Positions 54,382 through 64,000 of a stretch of 64,000 nucleotides of DNA are shown piece after piece. The notes beneath the pieces were generated by a model. That model had not been told where the DNA came from. It saw only the letters and a list, made by a program, of their open reading frames with translations, and did not search any database. The first letter of the stretch is position 1, and each line of letters starts with the position of its first letter. The stretch lies in sequence record OR413585.1; one strand, given 5' to 3'. Both the position numbers and the translations under genes were made by a program.

Positions 54382-56166
54382 TTAGAACCCGCAGATGTAC
54401 TCCATAGGCTCTGTCACTACTTCCCCTTGCTTACGTAAGAACGTAGACAGGACAGTGTCTTTGTCCGGTAAGCAGAAGAAGTCTGTCGCTATTTCCATGG
54501 CATTAACTCGCCCAGCAGTTAAGTTGACGCCCGTGCGACGTCGAATCTCTTCACTAACCCCGTTGATGGACAGCAGTTCAATGAGTGTGGTCTCACGAGA
54601 CTGGTTCATCATGTTTGTGGCCGATGGGTAAGCCTGGGTTAAGTCCGCATCCGCAGTTTGACCACGGAACGCAGAGTAATATTCGTCAATCTCCTCCAGA
54701 ATGTTATTCAGACCGTTCTCAGCATTCATACATGCCGTCAGGGTAACAATCCAACCGTCTGTACCGATAACCTCTTCATCGTAATCGTTACGCATTGCAG
54801 ACCCTACGGAACCGATGACGTATCCTTTGTCATACAGATAATAGGTAAAGGCCACGCAGATACGTTTTGGTAGCGACGGGAAGATATCGTACATTGAGAA
54901 ACCTGCCAGAATGGATATTGCTGAAGACAGGTCGTTCGTCTTCTTATCCAGCAACACGATTAACAAGTTATCCATCATGTTGTATACGGCATATTCGGCA
55001 GGGTAGTCCCGTTGTGCTTTTATGTGCCATTGCAGGTTATCTTCATACGGCAGTCCAGGAATGTCGAGCTTGTGTAAACCGAGTTCGGTGTACAGTATGG
55101 CAGATAACTTGTACGAAGGACGTTGCCCTTCGTGGACACGCAACGAACGGAATAACACCATGGCATCCACACAGTAGAAAGACGCAGTACAGTAGAGTAC
55201 GTGCCACTGTTGTGACGGTGCTTTGGTGAGTGACTTGGATTCCGTCTTTTTGTTCGCCTGGTCTTCTTTAAACCACAGACGACGGTATTTCTCCGGCACA
55301 TCCGGATGGTTAAAGACGCCCAGTGGATCGATACCTTCTTTCTGCAAGGTTTCCAACATGCGTGAAATATCGAACTGGTGGTTCCATGCGACTAGCAAAT
55401 CAGGAAGACGCGGATGAATCTCTTCGAACATCCTGACGATGCACTGCCCTGCCGTAGCGCAGGTATAGGTGAAGATTTTATAACCACTGATAATGTCTTT
55501 GGTCTTTGTCACCTTTTCGCCAGTCTTTTTGTCTTTCTCATCGAATTCGATTTTGCTTAAGAGTTCCTGCGCTTTTTTGAGAATGACTTCTTCCGCGTTT
55601 TTACCGATGCGGTCCATGTAGTTCTTAGCACCAAAGAAATGGATTTCGTCGTCTAAGATAAATGACACGATCCACGGTTCCTTCGTGCCGTCCATTTCGT
55701 TGGTCTCCACGTCGTATACGCAAAGACGGTTAGGGCTGATGTTGTTCGGCCAGCGCTTTAAATATTTCTGTTTAATCCAGCTGGTAATCGGTAAGTCGGC
55801 CCAATAAACGTACGGGCTAGTACAGACACGACGCAGGTTCTTTTTCGGGTCAGGAAAACGTGCACCTAAACCCATCTGCAACGTCTTCGCCATCTGCGCA
55901 TCAGTAGTCCAGAGTTCTTGACATTTTCCTTTTTCTTCGAACTCTTTTTTCTCCTGGTGGTTACGATATTCTTCACGGGTAACGTACACCGGACGCTTTA
56001 AATTCTCACGCATTACCAAGCGCGGGATAAGCCTGCCATCCTTAGTATGGATGACCTCTTTGATGAGGACAAAGTCATTTTCTTTTTCTTCGTCCGTCGC
56101 ATAAGCGACGTGCTTGCACTCTTTAGCGATGACATCCTCGGGTGCGTAATAGGTATTGATTTCCAT
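54382..56166 (-). CDS. Split B-family DNA polymerase, N-terminal 3'-5' exonuclease and motif A subunit
   Basis: ExoI YDVET, ExoII AWNHQFD, ExoIII YNMMD; polymerase motif A DADLTQAYPS. Confidence 0.85.
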   Translation of the reverse strand: MEINTYYAPEDVIAKECKHVAYATDEEKENDFVLIKEVIHTKDGRLIPRLVMRENLKRPVYVTREEYRNHQEKKEFEEKGKCQELWTTDAQMAKTLQMGLGARFPDPKKNLRRVCTSPYVYWADLPITSWIKQKYLKRWPNNISPNRLCVYDVETNEMDGTKEPWIVSFILDDEIHFFGAKNYMDRIGKNAEEVILKKAQELLSKIEFDEKDKKTGEKVTKTKDIISGYKIFTYTCATAGQCIVRMFEEIHPRLPDLLVAWNHQFDISRMLETLQKEGIDPLGVFNHPDVPEKYRRLWFKEDQANKKTESKSLTKAPSQQWHVLYCTASFYCVDAMVLFRSLRVHEGQRPSYKLSAILYTELGLHKLDIPGLPYEDNLQWHIKAQRDYPAEYAVYNMMDNLLIVLLDKKTNDLSSAISILAGFSMYDIFPSLPKRICVAFTYYLYDKGYVIGSVGSAMRNDYDEEVIGTDGWIVTLTACMNAENGLNNILEEIDEYYSAFRGQTADADLTQAYPSATNMMNQSRETTLIELLSINGVSEEIRRRTGVNLTAGRVNAMEIATDFFCLPDKDTVLSTFLRKQGEVVTEPMEYICGF

Positions 56167-56236
56167 GGTCTACTCTCAAATATGGTGTCTGCTATACTGA
56201 TTTGTGGGTAACGTATTTTCTAAAAGGAACGTCTAA

Positions 56237-57586
56237 ATGGGACACTGGCAAAAGCACATAACCTCGTTGGCCGACGCGAAAGCCGTGGCCTCGGAGTCCA
56301 TCGGATTCCAAGATAAAAAGAAACTCGCCTCTTTGGCGGAAGTGGTACGTAAGTTCCGTGATGCGGGCGACTTCTCGCCAGCGGGTTATCAGAGTTCTGG
56401 TATTGCTGCCTGGGTCTTTGACAACAACGGTATTACAGTCCTGCCTCGTAACGGGTCCGACTTAGGTGTGGCGGACGTTGTGTTTGCGGGTGTGGAGCCA
56501 CCGAAGCTCGACGCGAACAACCCAATTATCGCCGACCTGCAACGCAAGATGGTGCAGGGTAACACCGACCTGGATGTCTACAGTAAGTTCTTAAAAGAGA
56601 ACGAACTGAACGGCGAGTTCGACGATAAAAAAGCGAAGCTTTCAGGCGAACTCAGCAAGGTGCCGTCCCCACTTTGGCTGACCCCGAAACTACTGACCGG
56701 TATCGAGTTAACGGATTTAGAAGTCGCGGCGATAATTCTGCATGAAGTCGGCCACGTCTATTACTATTTCCGTACCTTGATGCGTACGGTGGTAACGAAC
56801 CTGATTGCGGATGCTGCAGCGAACCGCATGATGCAAACCGAAGACCCGACAGTGCGTTTAAAAGTCGTAAAAGACGTTGAACGTATGCTGAACACCAAAG
56901 TGAATCAGCCGGAAACTATCTGCAAAGAGATGTCTAAAGAGAACATCTACATGCATCTGGTGACGGACATTCTGCTTGAGCGTCCGTTTGTTACCGGTTC
57001 GGAAGGGTTCGCTAACCGTACCTGGGAACGTGCTGCAGATGACTTCGCAGCTCGTTTTGGTGCAGCCCCGTACCTGGCGTCAGCCCTGTACAAAATCGAA
57101 ACGTCCCAATTCTATCTCTGCCGGAACGCGTCGTACATGAACTACGGTGTGCATCTGATGCTGGAAATGCTTAACGTTTCGCTGCTGATTGTGGCTTCGA
57201 CTAATCCAGTTGGCCTGTTCTTCACGACTATCTCGGTGGCGTTCGGTCTGATTGTGAACGACCCACGCAACACCATCTACGATCCGCCGCAGGAACGTTT
57301 TGAGACGATGCGTCGTAACTTAGTGGAAGAGCTGAACACCTTAAAAGGTAGCACCACGAAAGAAGCGAACGAACATCGTAAACGTATTCTGCAGGGCATT
57401 GCGTCTATCGACGAATTACTGAAAACCGTGAAAGACAAAGACAACGTCTTTAGCTTCATCATGAAAACGCTGACCCCTGGCGGTCGCCGTGAGCGCGCTG
57501 GTGTGGATTATCAGCGTACGATGGAGCGTTATCTTTCTAATGACCTGCGTGTGGCTTCTGCGAAGCTCGCCACGGTAAAGTCGTAG
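56237..57586 (+). CDS. Probable head protein with zinc-metallopeptidase motif (449 aa)
   Basis: IILHEVGH (HEXXH) plus downstream ERAADDFA; N-terminal A-S-E possible maturation site. Confidence 0.6.
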   Translation: MGHWQKHITSLADAKAVASESIGFQDKKKLASLAEVVRKFRDAGDFSPAGYQSSGIAAWVFDNNGITVLPRNGSDLGVADVVFAGVEPPKLDANNPIIADLQRKMVQGNTDLDVYSKFLKENELNGEFDDKKAKLSGELSKVPSPLWLTPKLLTGIELTDLEVAAIILHEVGHVYYYFRTLMRTVVTNLIADAAANRMMQTEDPTVRLKVVKDVERMLNTKVNQPETICKEMSKENIYMHLVTDILLERPFVTGSEGFANRTWERAADDFAARFGAAPYLASALYKIETSQFYLCRNASYMNYGVHLMLEMLNVSLLIVASTNPVGLFFTTISVAFGLIVNDPRNTIYDPPQERFETMRRNLVEELNTLKGSTTKEANEHRKRILQGIASIDELLKTVKDKDNVFSFIMKTLTPGGRRERAGVDYQRTMERYLSNDLRVASAKLATVKS

Positions 57587-57612
57587 GGGAATCTTCGTCC
57601 ACAGCACCTCGC

Positions 57613-58050
57613 GTGTTGTGGGTGATGCTGCCGTACCACTGGAAGGTGCTGTCAGCCAGTCAGATTGACCGTGACTTATACGGCGACCGTATTGGAACTG
57701 ACACACCGACCCTCGAAGCGTATGCGACGCGCGCAGAGGCGGTTAAAGCGGGTATCGAGTACGCCTGTCGAACTAATCGTTCATCGGCACCGGGGCAGCC
57801 TACCACTTCCGTACGCGTACAACAGCGCGGCAACGAGCTATTGTTGAAATCGAACGGTTACTGGAACAATATTTCGATGCAGGACAGCTTGCATCTGTAT
57901 CGGATTGATCCTAGCAAATGCTCCGAACCCTGGCAGCAAGCCTACGAAGGTTCCCCCGAATATTACACACGTGGCGTGACAGACTACGAAGAAGTCTACT
58001 TCGACACGATTCACAACCACATCAAAGAAGCCGGTCTTACCGTTTCTTAA
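57613..58050 (+). CDS. Hypothetical protein (about 141-145 aa)
   Basis: Open frame filling the gap between virion genes; start uncertain. Confidence 0.55.
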   Translation: MLWVMLPYHWKVLSASQIDRDLYGDRIGTDTPTLEAYATRAEAVKAGIEYACRTNRSSAPGQPTTSVRVQQRGNELLLKSNGYWNNISMQDSLHLYRIDPSKCSEPWQQAYEGSPEYYTRGVTDYEEVYFDTIHNHIKEAGLTVS

Positions 58051-58065
58051 GTAAGGGTACTTAAC

Positions 58066-58509
58066 ATGACGCATAAAGTTTCTTTAAATAACCTGGTACT
58101 GGATTTCAAACGTACCAACGAAGGGAAAGGTGTACACGCCCAGCGTGCTTTGACCGGTCTGGTTGCTTTCTCACTGGCGTATAACGCGGTATTGGCTGAC
58201 AATGGCCAATATGGCGCTGCAGAGGCCGCTGGGACGTTTTTACGTCCGGTAATGCGTAATATCGTCTCTGACGTTAACGAGCTGTACTGTGTTGATTTAG
58301 GCGTGATTGAGGACATGACCGTGGGTCTGTACTGCAATCGTTACTGCAACGTGTATGGCGGCGCTAAAGCTCTGGAAAGTTTCTCAGTTCGTGAGATTTT
58401 CAACCAGGCACTCGGGGAAGATATCTGGGAAACCGTCGGTCTGTGGATTAGCCGCTTTATGGAAGTGGTTGGTTTCTACATGGCAGAACTGAAAGGGCAG
58501 ATTTCATGA
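58066..58509 (+). CDS. Hypothetical, probably virion protein (147 aa)
   Basis: AAGGG RBS; coupled to the next gene. Confidence 0.65.
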   Translation: MTHKVSLNNLVLDFKRTNEGKGVHAQRALTGLVAFSLAYNAVLADNGQYGAAEAAGTFLRPVMRNIVSDVNELYCVDLGVIEDMTVGLYCNRYCNVYGGAKALESFSVREIFNQALGEDIWETVGLWISRFMEVVGFYMAELKGQIS

Positions 58510-60239
58510 GCATGGAAATGACAGGTAACGCCACCCACCCCAAATGGCGTTTGGGGGAGATCGGTGAAGTCCTGCGTTCACGTATGGCCGAGCGTATTGA
58601 TTCTGTCAACCAGCTCAATCTGTACATGCAACGCAACGAAGCCGACTTAATCTACGGCTCTCGACTGATTCTGCAAATCGACGCGATTCTTGATGAGGTG
58701 CGACGCGCGGGATTGTCGAAAGATGTCGCTGTCGCTGTTGAATCTTCTCGCCCAGGCACAATTCCCGAAGCTGTCCGCAAAATCCTGACCTCTAACTATA
58801 CCCGCACGCACCAGAAAGAGACTATTGTTGCGCTCGAATCCTGGGCAAATGCAGGTAAAGTGGGATTGGTTGTGTTAATCATGACCGCGATTATCAAAAT
58901 CATCGGTTGGATTATCAGCAACGGTAACGGGTTTGCTGGTAATGGCGAATTCGACGGCGAAGGTTACGCTGAGAAAGTCGGCGAAAAAGCAGAGAGTTTC
59001 TCCCAGACCGAAAACACTATCATCGGTCAGCTGAAAATCAGCGCAGTGAAAGATGCATACATCGAAGCCTCTAAGGGTCTGAAAGGTCGCGACCTGGAAA
59101 ACCTGAACTTGGCTATCGCGATGGCCGACGAAGTGTTTACGAACATGAACGCGGAAGAGTATCTGAACGACTTGAGCAGCGCGCTGGGTCGTTCGCCGTT
59201 CACTGAATTGTTCAAAGGTTACACTAAGAAACGCCAATCGAGCCAGCAGGTTATTCACGACCTGTTAGATACCCTGTTACAACACAACGTAACTTACGGT
59301 ATCTATCCGATTGAGGTGGGCAAAAAAGCCTGGCAGGCGTTACCGAAGTCTGCGCGTGAAGCCGGTGTGCGTATTCCGAACCTGTTGAACTTCCAACAGA
59401 TGTCGAATGTTGCCAGCGAACTTATCGGCTACTTTGGCTCCCTCCAAAGTGCCTTTAAAGCAATGATCGACCCAAGCGTTGCCGAGGGTTTTAAGAATCA
59501 GCAAGGTTCAACCACCACTCACAACGGCAAGCAGGTTAATAAGGCAGCACACGACACCGCGCTTATTTTCGGTCAGGCGTTAGCGCAGCTGAACACCACG
59601 ATGAACTTCATCATCAGCGACGTTTCCCGCAAAGGATTCGAATACGCTACTGCACCTTTGGTCGTTATCCCAGAAAACAAAGTTCGCGGTTTAGTGGGTC
59701 ATGACGATGGTGTGGACTTCGTGCCTGGTAAGGTATTGGTTAATGCACAAGCATCTGCGTTCTTGGGACGCGAGTGCTTAGAGCAAATGCGCCAAGCGGG
59801 CACGTTATCGGTTGGTGACGAACGTGAGCTGCTGGCTGTAGTGGTAACGTTAGGTAAACAAGGCTTTACCAACGACACCGCCGCGACTAACCTGAACCGC
59901 TACAGTGCACTGGATAAGGCAGTTAATAACACGATTAAAGTGTTGGAGCAGTTCCAGAAAGCAACCAAGGATAACGCTGAATACGTTAACCTGATTAGCG
60001 AAGTCATTATGAACGAGCTTAATCAACCTTCTGGTCTGCGCACCGACGGTCGTGAACTCTCGATGGTGTTATTCTCCCCAGACGGTGATGAAGACCTCTT
60101 CGTCGGCTTGCGTCGTAACCTGTCGTTGGTGCGTCGTTGTTGCGGTGCTGCCGCTACACTGCAGACGATACTGAACCTGGCCAAACGTAACCCGTTGGTG
60201 AAAGGCAATAATCGCAAAAACATGCTTGACGGCGAATAA
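58506..60239 (+). CDS. Probable head protein (577 aa)
   Basis: ATGA coupling; A-V-E-S and A-L-E-S sites followed by a hydrophobic segment, a pattern seen in processed jumbo-phage head proteins. Confidence 0.55.
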   Translation: MSMEMTGNATHPKWRLGEIGEVLRSRMAERIDSVNQLNLYMQRNEADLIYGSRLILQIDAILDEVRRAGLSKDVAVAVESSRPGTIPEAVRKILTSNYTRTHQKETIVALESWANAGKVGLVVLIMTAIIKIIGWIISNGNGFAGNGEFDGEGYAEKVGEKAESFSQTENTIIGQLKISAVKDAYIEASKGLKGRDLENLNLAIAMADEVFTNMNAEEYLNDLSSALGRSPFTELFKGYTKKRQSSQQVIHDLLDTLLQHNVTYGIYPIEVGKKAWQALPKSAREAGVRIPNLLNFQQMSNVASELIGYFGSLQSAFKAMIDPSVAEGFKNQQGSTTTHNGKQVNKAAHDTALIFGQALAQLNTTMNFIISDVSRKGFEYATAPLVVIPENKVRGLVGHDDGVDFVPGKVLVNAQASAFLGRECLEQMRQAGTLSVGDERELLAVVVTLGKQGFTNDTAATNLNRYSALDKAVNNTIKVLEQFQKATKDNAEYVNLISEVIMNELNQPSGLRTDGRELSMVLFSPDGDEDLFVGLRRNLSLVRRCCGAAATLQTILNLAKRNPLVKGNNRKNMLDGE

Positions 60240-60248
60240 AATAAAAGG

Positions 60249-60285
60249 CTACCCTCTCCTTCGGGAGAGGGTAGTGCTTTTTATT
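60249..60285. terminator. Bidirectional terminator
   Basis: CTACCCTCTCC-TTCG-GGAGAGGGTAG between convergent genes. Confidence 0.8.
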
Positions 60286-63241
60286 CTTTTTCGGTATCGT
60301 GACGGTTGTACGACAGTACGATGTCATCTTTCAAACCGATGTCGCCATTGGCTTCAATATCGAGCTTCTTACCAATTGTAGCTCGCGCTGCTTCGGTAAT
60401 GACAGTGAACAGTCGCAGGTCTTTATCTGGCCCCATGTCGTCGAGTTCAACACCGATAATGGCATCGTTAAGCGTATTGCGTAACGCATTACCGATCTCG
60501 GTTGCTGAAACGGTCAGATGTGTTGACAGATAGTCGTTAATGACTTGCGAAGTCCGTTTCCGGATTTGTGCCAGAAGCTCGCTGTTTGCTCGGTTCGCTG
60601 CCGTGAGGTAATATTTGACAGTGAACTGGTTTTCAGCAGGCAACGGTGACACAACTCCGTCTTCGGTACGTACATCGATATAACCCATCGTGGTGATAGG
60701 AACAAAGAAGCCTTCAGTTTGCTCCAACAGCAGCGGTTTCAGATTCGGTAGTACCACCGTAACGTAGTTGATGATATTGTCAATCACGCTATCAAGGTAC
60801 GCTTTAACCGCTTTCGAGGTTGCGAACTTATAACGGGCATCGAAGACAGCCATTTCACTACGGAACTTAATACTGCGCGGCTTCGCAATAATAGGCTGAC
60901 CGTTCCCGTCGAAGATTTGTTCCCCAATGTGGTGAGCGATTTCTTGTTCACCGGTCTTCGGGTCTATCTTCGGATCGCCTTTACGATGCAGGTACGTGAT
61001 TTGCAACGGTGGAACAGCATCAGGATCGTACGTGTACTCAGGTGTTACGCCATCGTCTTTGGTTTTAATAACATCCTTTTCCCAATATGCTGGAATATCC
61101 TCCTGGTAGTATTCGTAGTTGATGCTGTCCGTTACTGCACGTGCTTTTCGCCAGTAATAGGACATGGCTTTACCCAGCTCGATTTTGAAAATCTCATGAG
61201 TAATCCCAATACCATCACGCGCAGGTGGTACAATCATTGTATCCATTTCAGCACGTTCGTAATTACCGGGGTAGTAACCCGTACAGCCGTAGAACACGTT
61301 ATACTCGGTTAACAACGGTGCAGGTGTGTCCACATCCACTTCGGTGGTGATTCGGGTGTTGTTGATAATCAGCTCATCGTTACGGTCAACGTCGAGATTG
61401 GTTTTCAACAAGAATTCCCATACACGCTCCGAACCTTGACGACCCACTAAGGTGCCGTTGATGTACGCCAGCTTACCGTCTGCGTTACGCGGCGAGAAGG
61501 AAATCTGCGCAAAGACTTGGTCATCACTTAACGCCTGGTATGGCGGTTCTGATTTAGTCACAGTGCGCAGGATATAACCTTCGGCCGTTTTCTCAATCTG
61601 ATAATCTGCAGTGACAACACTCAGCTCCGTTGTCACGTTGGTGCTAACGAAACGTTTTGAGTTCAACTGCGGTTTATCGAGTTGGTAAATACGAACATCG
61701 CAAGATTTGTTGTTAATGTCCACCACGTAATGGAACGGCGTGAACAGGTAACGGTTAGTGTTACCCGCGTTAACCAAATCTTCTTTACGCATGGTCTTCG
61801 CAAGGATGGTCATCTCCGCATCGATTTGCAGACTGGTATCCGTAAAGCGATACAGCGTATCTGGCTCAATTGTCAAACGGTTGCCGTTAATACGGACCGT
61901 CGGCAGTTTCACCAGTTCATCCCAGCTAAAGTACAGCGGGGCGGTGATGGTCCCGATAGGGGAACTCACTTTAGATAACGTGGATTCCGGCATCGGCGCG
62001 GTCAGGAAGTAAGTACGCCCAGTTACGTAATCGTTCGGCTTAGACAAGGTCAGGCCGTAATCCGATACCGTGGCTTCTAACTGCTTCTCTGTTACTGGCA
62101 GTTTGCGAATCCCCACTGCATTGTTTACCACACGGTCACGCAACTCATCAAACGAAAGTTGTGTACGGCCCCCGGTGGCGTAACTGCCTTCTTCCGCAAC
62201 CAGCATTTTGATGGAGAATGATTTTAACGGGTTGATGTATCCCGCATCGTATTCACCGTTCAAGTCGCGCAATGAGAAGGTGTACTCGTCCGCCGGGAAT
62301 GCAGAAACGTCGAGGTCGAGTGGCCCGATGGTCGTATATACGTCCATGCGGATTTCACCACTTACCAGGTTCTTCGCCATGTAGATAGACGGTATCGTAC
62401 AACGAATGGACTGGTTAACGACTTGAATCAGCGCCGTAGGCGTGTTTGGATCGTAAACGTCACGACTGTGCGTGTGGTGGATTTCTGTCCAGGTGTTTGA
62501 ATTGGACGGTTTATTCCACACCCGTGCGTAGAAGAACTTGTTGGTGAACGTGCGCGTCATCACAAAAGTGTTCTGCCCCAACAACGTATCGTTCTCGTCC
62601 TTTACACTGTACTGCATCACCGGAATACGGATAGCCAGTATCTGCGACGGTGTGCTAGGAACACTTGTCAGTTCCCAGTCCAACGCGTTAGTGGTTACGG
62701 GCGATATCGGTGACTGGGTTTCGGTAATCCACAAGACCTGGAAGGCTGGATTATCAACGGTACCATACGGCAGCACTCGAATTTCGATAGGATACTGGAT
62801 GGCAAAGTTGTAACCTGAAACAGTAAAGACGGTATCCCGCGGAATCACGACTTTACGAATACCGGCCACGTTTAACGGCATCGCCTTCGCTAATAGAGAG
62901 TCGACATCTAGAAGCAGCAGTAAGGTCGCTTGTGATGGCTGGGCAAAAACATCGACGTAATCCACGTCAGACATGTGGCGGAACAGATCATCGTGAGTCT
63001 GTGCCATAGAAGGGAACATCTTCGGAATGGTGTCCCGATCGCCCTGGATAATAGTGTGACCCATCGTAATTCCGACCTCGGTCATGTAGACCACCGGGTC
63101 GGTCGGGTCACGTAGCAGGATTTGCCCGTCGGCGTCCTGCACGTCTTGGAGCTGGTTCAGCATTAATGACTGCATTGCTGACGGGTTATGTGCCATCAGC
63201 AGCAAGTCTTTCGATAATGCGTCGTACGTTTTCGTAGTCAT
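60281..63241 (-). CDS. Baseplate wedge subunit, T4 gp6/baseplate J-like (986 aa)
   Basis: TGGRTQLSFDELRDRV..PVTEKQL resembles the baseplate-J GG..ES.eelr.R..aVT motif. Confidence 0.55.
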   Translation of the reverse strand: MTTKTYDALSKDLLLMAHNPSAMQSLMLNQLQDVQDADGQILLRDPTDPVVYMTEVGITMGHTIIQGDRDTIPKMFPSMAQTHDDLFRHMSDVDYVDVFAQPSQATLLLLLDVDSLLAKAMPLNVAGIRKVVIPRDTVFTVSGYNFAIQYPIEIRVLPYGTVDNPAFQVLWITETQSPISPVTTNALDWELTSVPSTPSQILAIRIPVMQYSVKDENDTLLGQNTFVMTRTFTNKFFYARVWNKPSNSNTWTEIHHTHSRDVYDPNTPTALIQVVNQSIRCTIPSIYMAKNLVSGEIRMDVYTTIGPLDLDVSAFPADEYTFSLRDLNGEYDAGYINPLKSFSIKMLVAEEGSYATGGRTQLSFDELRDRVVNNAVGIRKLPVTEKQLEATVSDYGLTLSKPNDYVTGRTYFLTAPMPESTLSKVSSPIGTITAPLYFSWDELVKLPTVRINGNRLTIEPDTLYRFTDTSLQIDAEMTILAKTMRKEDLVNAGNTNRYLFTPFHYVVDINNKSCDVRIYQLDKPQLNSKRFVSTNVTTELSVVTADYQIEKTAEGYILRTVTKSEPPYQALSDDQVFAQISFSPRNADGKLAYINGTLVGRQGSERVWEFLLKTNLDVDRNDELIINNTRITTEVDVDTPAPLLTEYNVFYGCTGYYPGNYERAEMDTMIVPPARDGIGITHEIFKIELGKAMSYYWRKARAVTDSINYEYYQEDIPAYWEKDVIKTKDDGVTPEYTYDPDAVPPLQITYLHRKGDPKIDPKTGEQEIAHHIGEQIFDGNGQPIIAKPRSIKFRSEMAVFDARYKFATSKAVKAYLDSVIDNIINYVTVVLPNLKPLLLEQTEGFFVPITTMGYIDVRTEDGVVSPLPAENQFTVKYYLTAANRANSELLAQIRKRTSQVINDYLSTHLTVSATEIGNALRNTLNDAIIGVELDDMGPDKDLRLFTVITEAARATIGKKLDIEANGDIGLKDDIVLSYNRHDTEKE

Positions 63242-63996
63242 TACAGTAAGCCCGCTCGTTTAAGGATGAATTGGTAATCTGCCTGATAAACATACCAGGT
63301 CAGTTTACGACGCAGGGAGTCGATGTGCGGATAGCCGTAGTAGTTGAACAGCGGTAGTAGCTGTGGTGCAATCGGCACAAGCTGGTCTTCAGCAATCGGG
63401 ATAAAGTTACCCGCTGCAACACTCCCTGGTTGCGGCATCATATCCGGGTTAAACATAGACACCGTCAAGTTGAACATCTCCATGTACAATGGGTCATCGA
63501 AGCGCGCCCCGATACATTGCCAGTTGAGGTTAATTGTGGTGTCGTCATTTAATTGAGGCTTGGTGTTATCGACGTTCGCCATTTGACCGGCGTTATCGTT
63601 CATTGGCCAACAAACACACGCTGTCCAGAAACGAGTGATGTTTCCGAGCGCGTCGTATTTAAACCCGTACATCCTCGACTGGTAGTCAATGCGGCGTTGG
63701 ATGGAGTTACGCATCTTCGGTTTGAACTTACCCATCTTAATGCCGGACATATACTCCAGCCACACGCCCATCATTCGCATGATAGGGTTGCCGTATGGGT
63801 TGTTCAGCGACATCGACATACTGTACTGGTTATTGATTTCATGTGTGGAGTCAACCATACCCCACTGTTCGCGCATTAAACCTTCTTCAGACATCCAGTT
63901 ATCGACAGACTGGTCAGGCATCCCCGAGAGGCTCAGCATCTGCGTACTCAGCAATGGTATGAATGCCTGAAGATTGTCAAACATAATGTCCTTCAT
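63241..63996 (-). CDS. Tube-fold baseplate protein, T4 gp48/gp54-like; may extend beyond the window
   Basis: Coupled to the wedge gene; FKYDALGNITRFWTACVCWP resembles the tube-family 'wP' motif; start is at the window edge. Confidence 0.4.
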   Translation of the reverse strand: MKDIMFDNLQAFIPLLSTQMLSLSGMPDQSVDNWMSEEGLMREQWGMVDSTHEINNQYSMSMSLNNPYGNPIMRMMGVWLEYMSGIKMGKFKPKMRNSIQRRIDYQSRMYGFKYDALGNITRFWTACVCWPMNDNAGQMANVDNTKPQLNDDTTINLNWQCIGARFDDPLYMEMFNLTVSMFNPDMMPQPGSVAAGNFIPIAEDQLVPIAPQLLPLFNYYGYPHIDSLRRKLTWYVYQADYQFILKRAGLL

Positions 63997-64000
63997 GAAT

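Overview
This window is about 64 kb of a nucleus-forming jumbo myovirus genome (Chimalliviridae, phiKZ-related). Gene order and content best fit the enterobacterial SPN3US/Asesino-like group; that placement is inferred from synteny and motifs, not from a database search. From left to right: three virion genes and the large terminase; a ~1.75-kb ORF-free region with an origin/pac-like AT-rich palindrome cluster and a structured RNA-like block; an accessory region with an HslV-like protease, tRNA-Trp, two aberrant tRNA-like elements and ~1.5 kb of hairpin-rich non-coding sequence; and a run of unknown early genes. The core phage-nucleus block follows: B-family DNA polymerase (C-terminal half), chimallin, non-virion RNAP beta'-N split by an ORF-less group I intron, an Mre11/SbcD-like nuclease, ChmC-, sigma-like and PicA-like genes, nvRNAP beta and beta'-C, and an SF2 helicase with a class 3 intein. 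The right end holds a probable tail/baseplate chaperone pair joined by a candidate -1 frameshift, virion RNAP beta'-M, the exonuclease half of the DNA polymerase, and head and baseplate genes. The most novel-looking signals are the two large structured non-coding blocks (including an anticodon-truncated tRNA mimic and an array of similar-sized hairpins), the T-TTT-TTC frameshift, and Gly/Leu-repeat tails on shell-associated proteins. All RNA structures were paired by eye and protein names come from motifs plus synteny.
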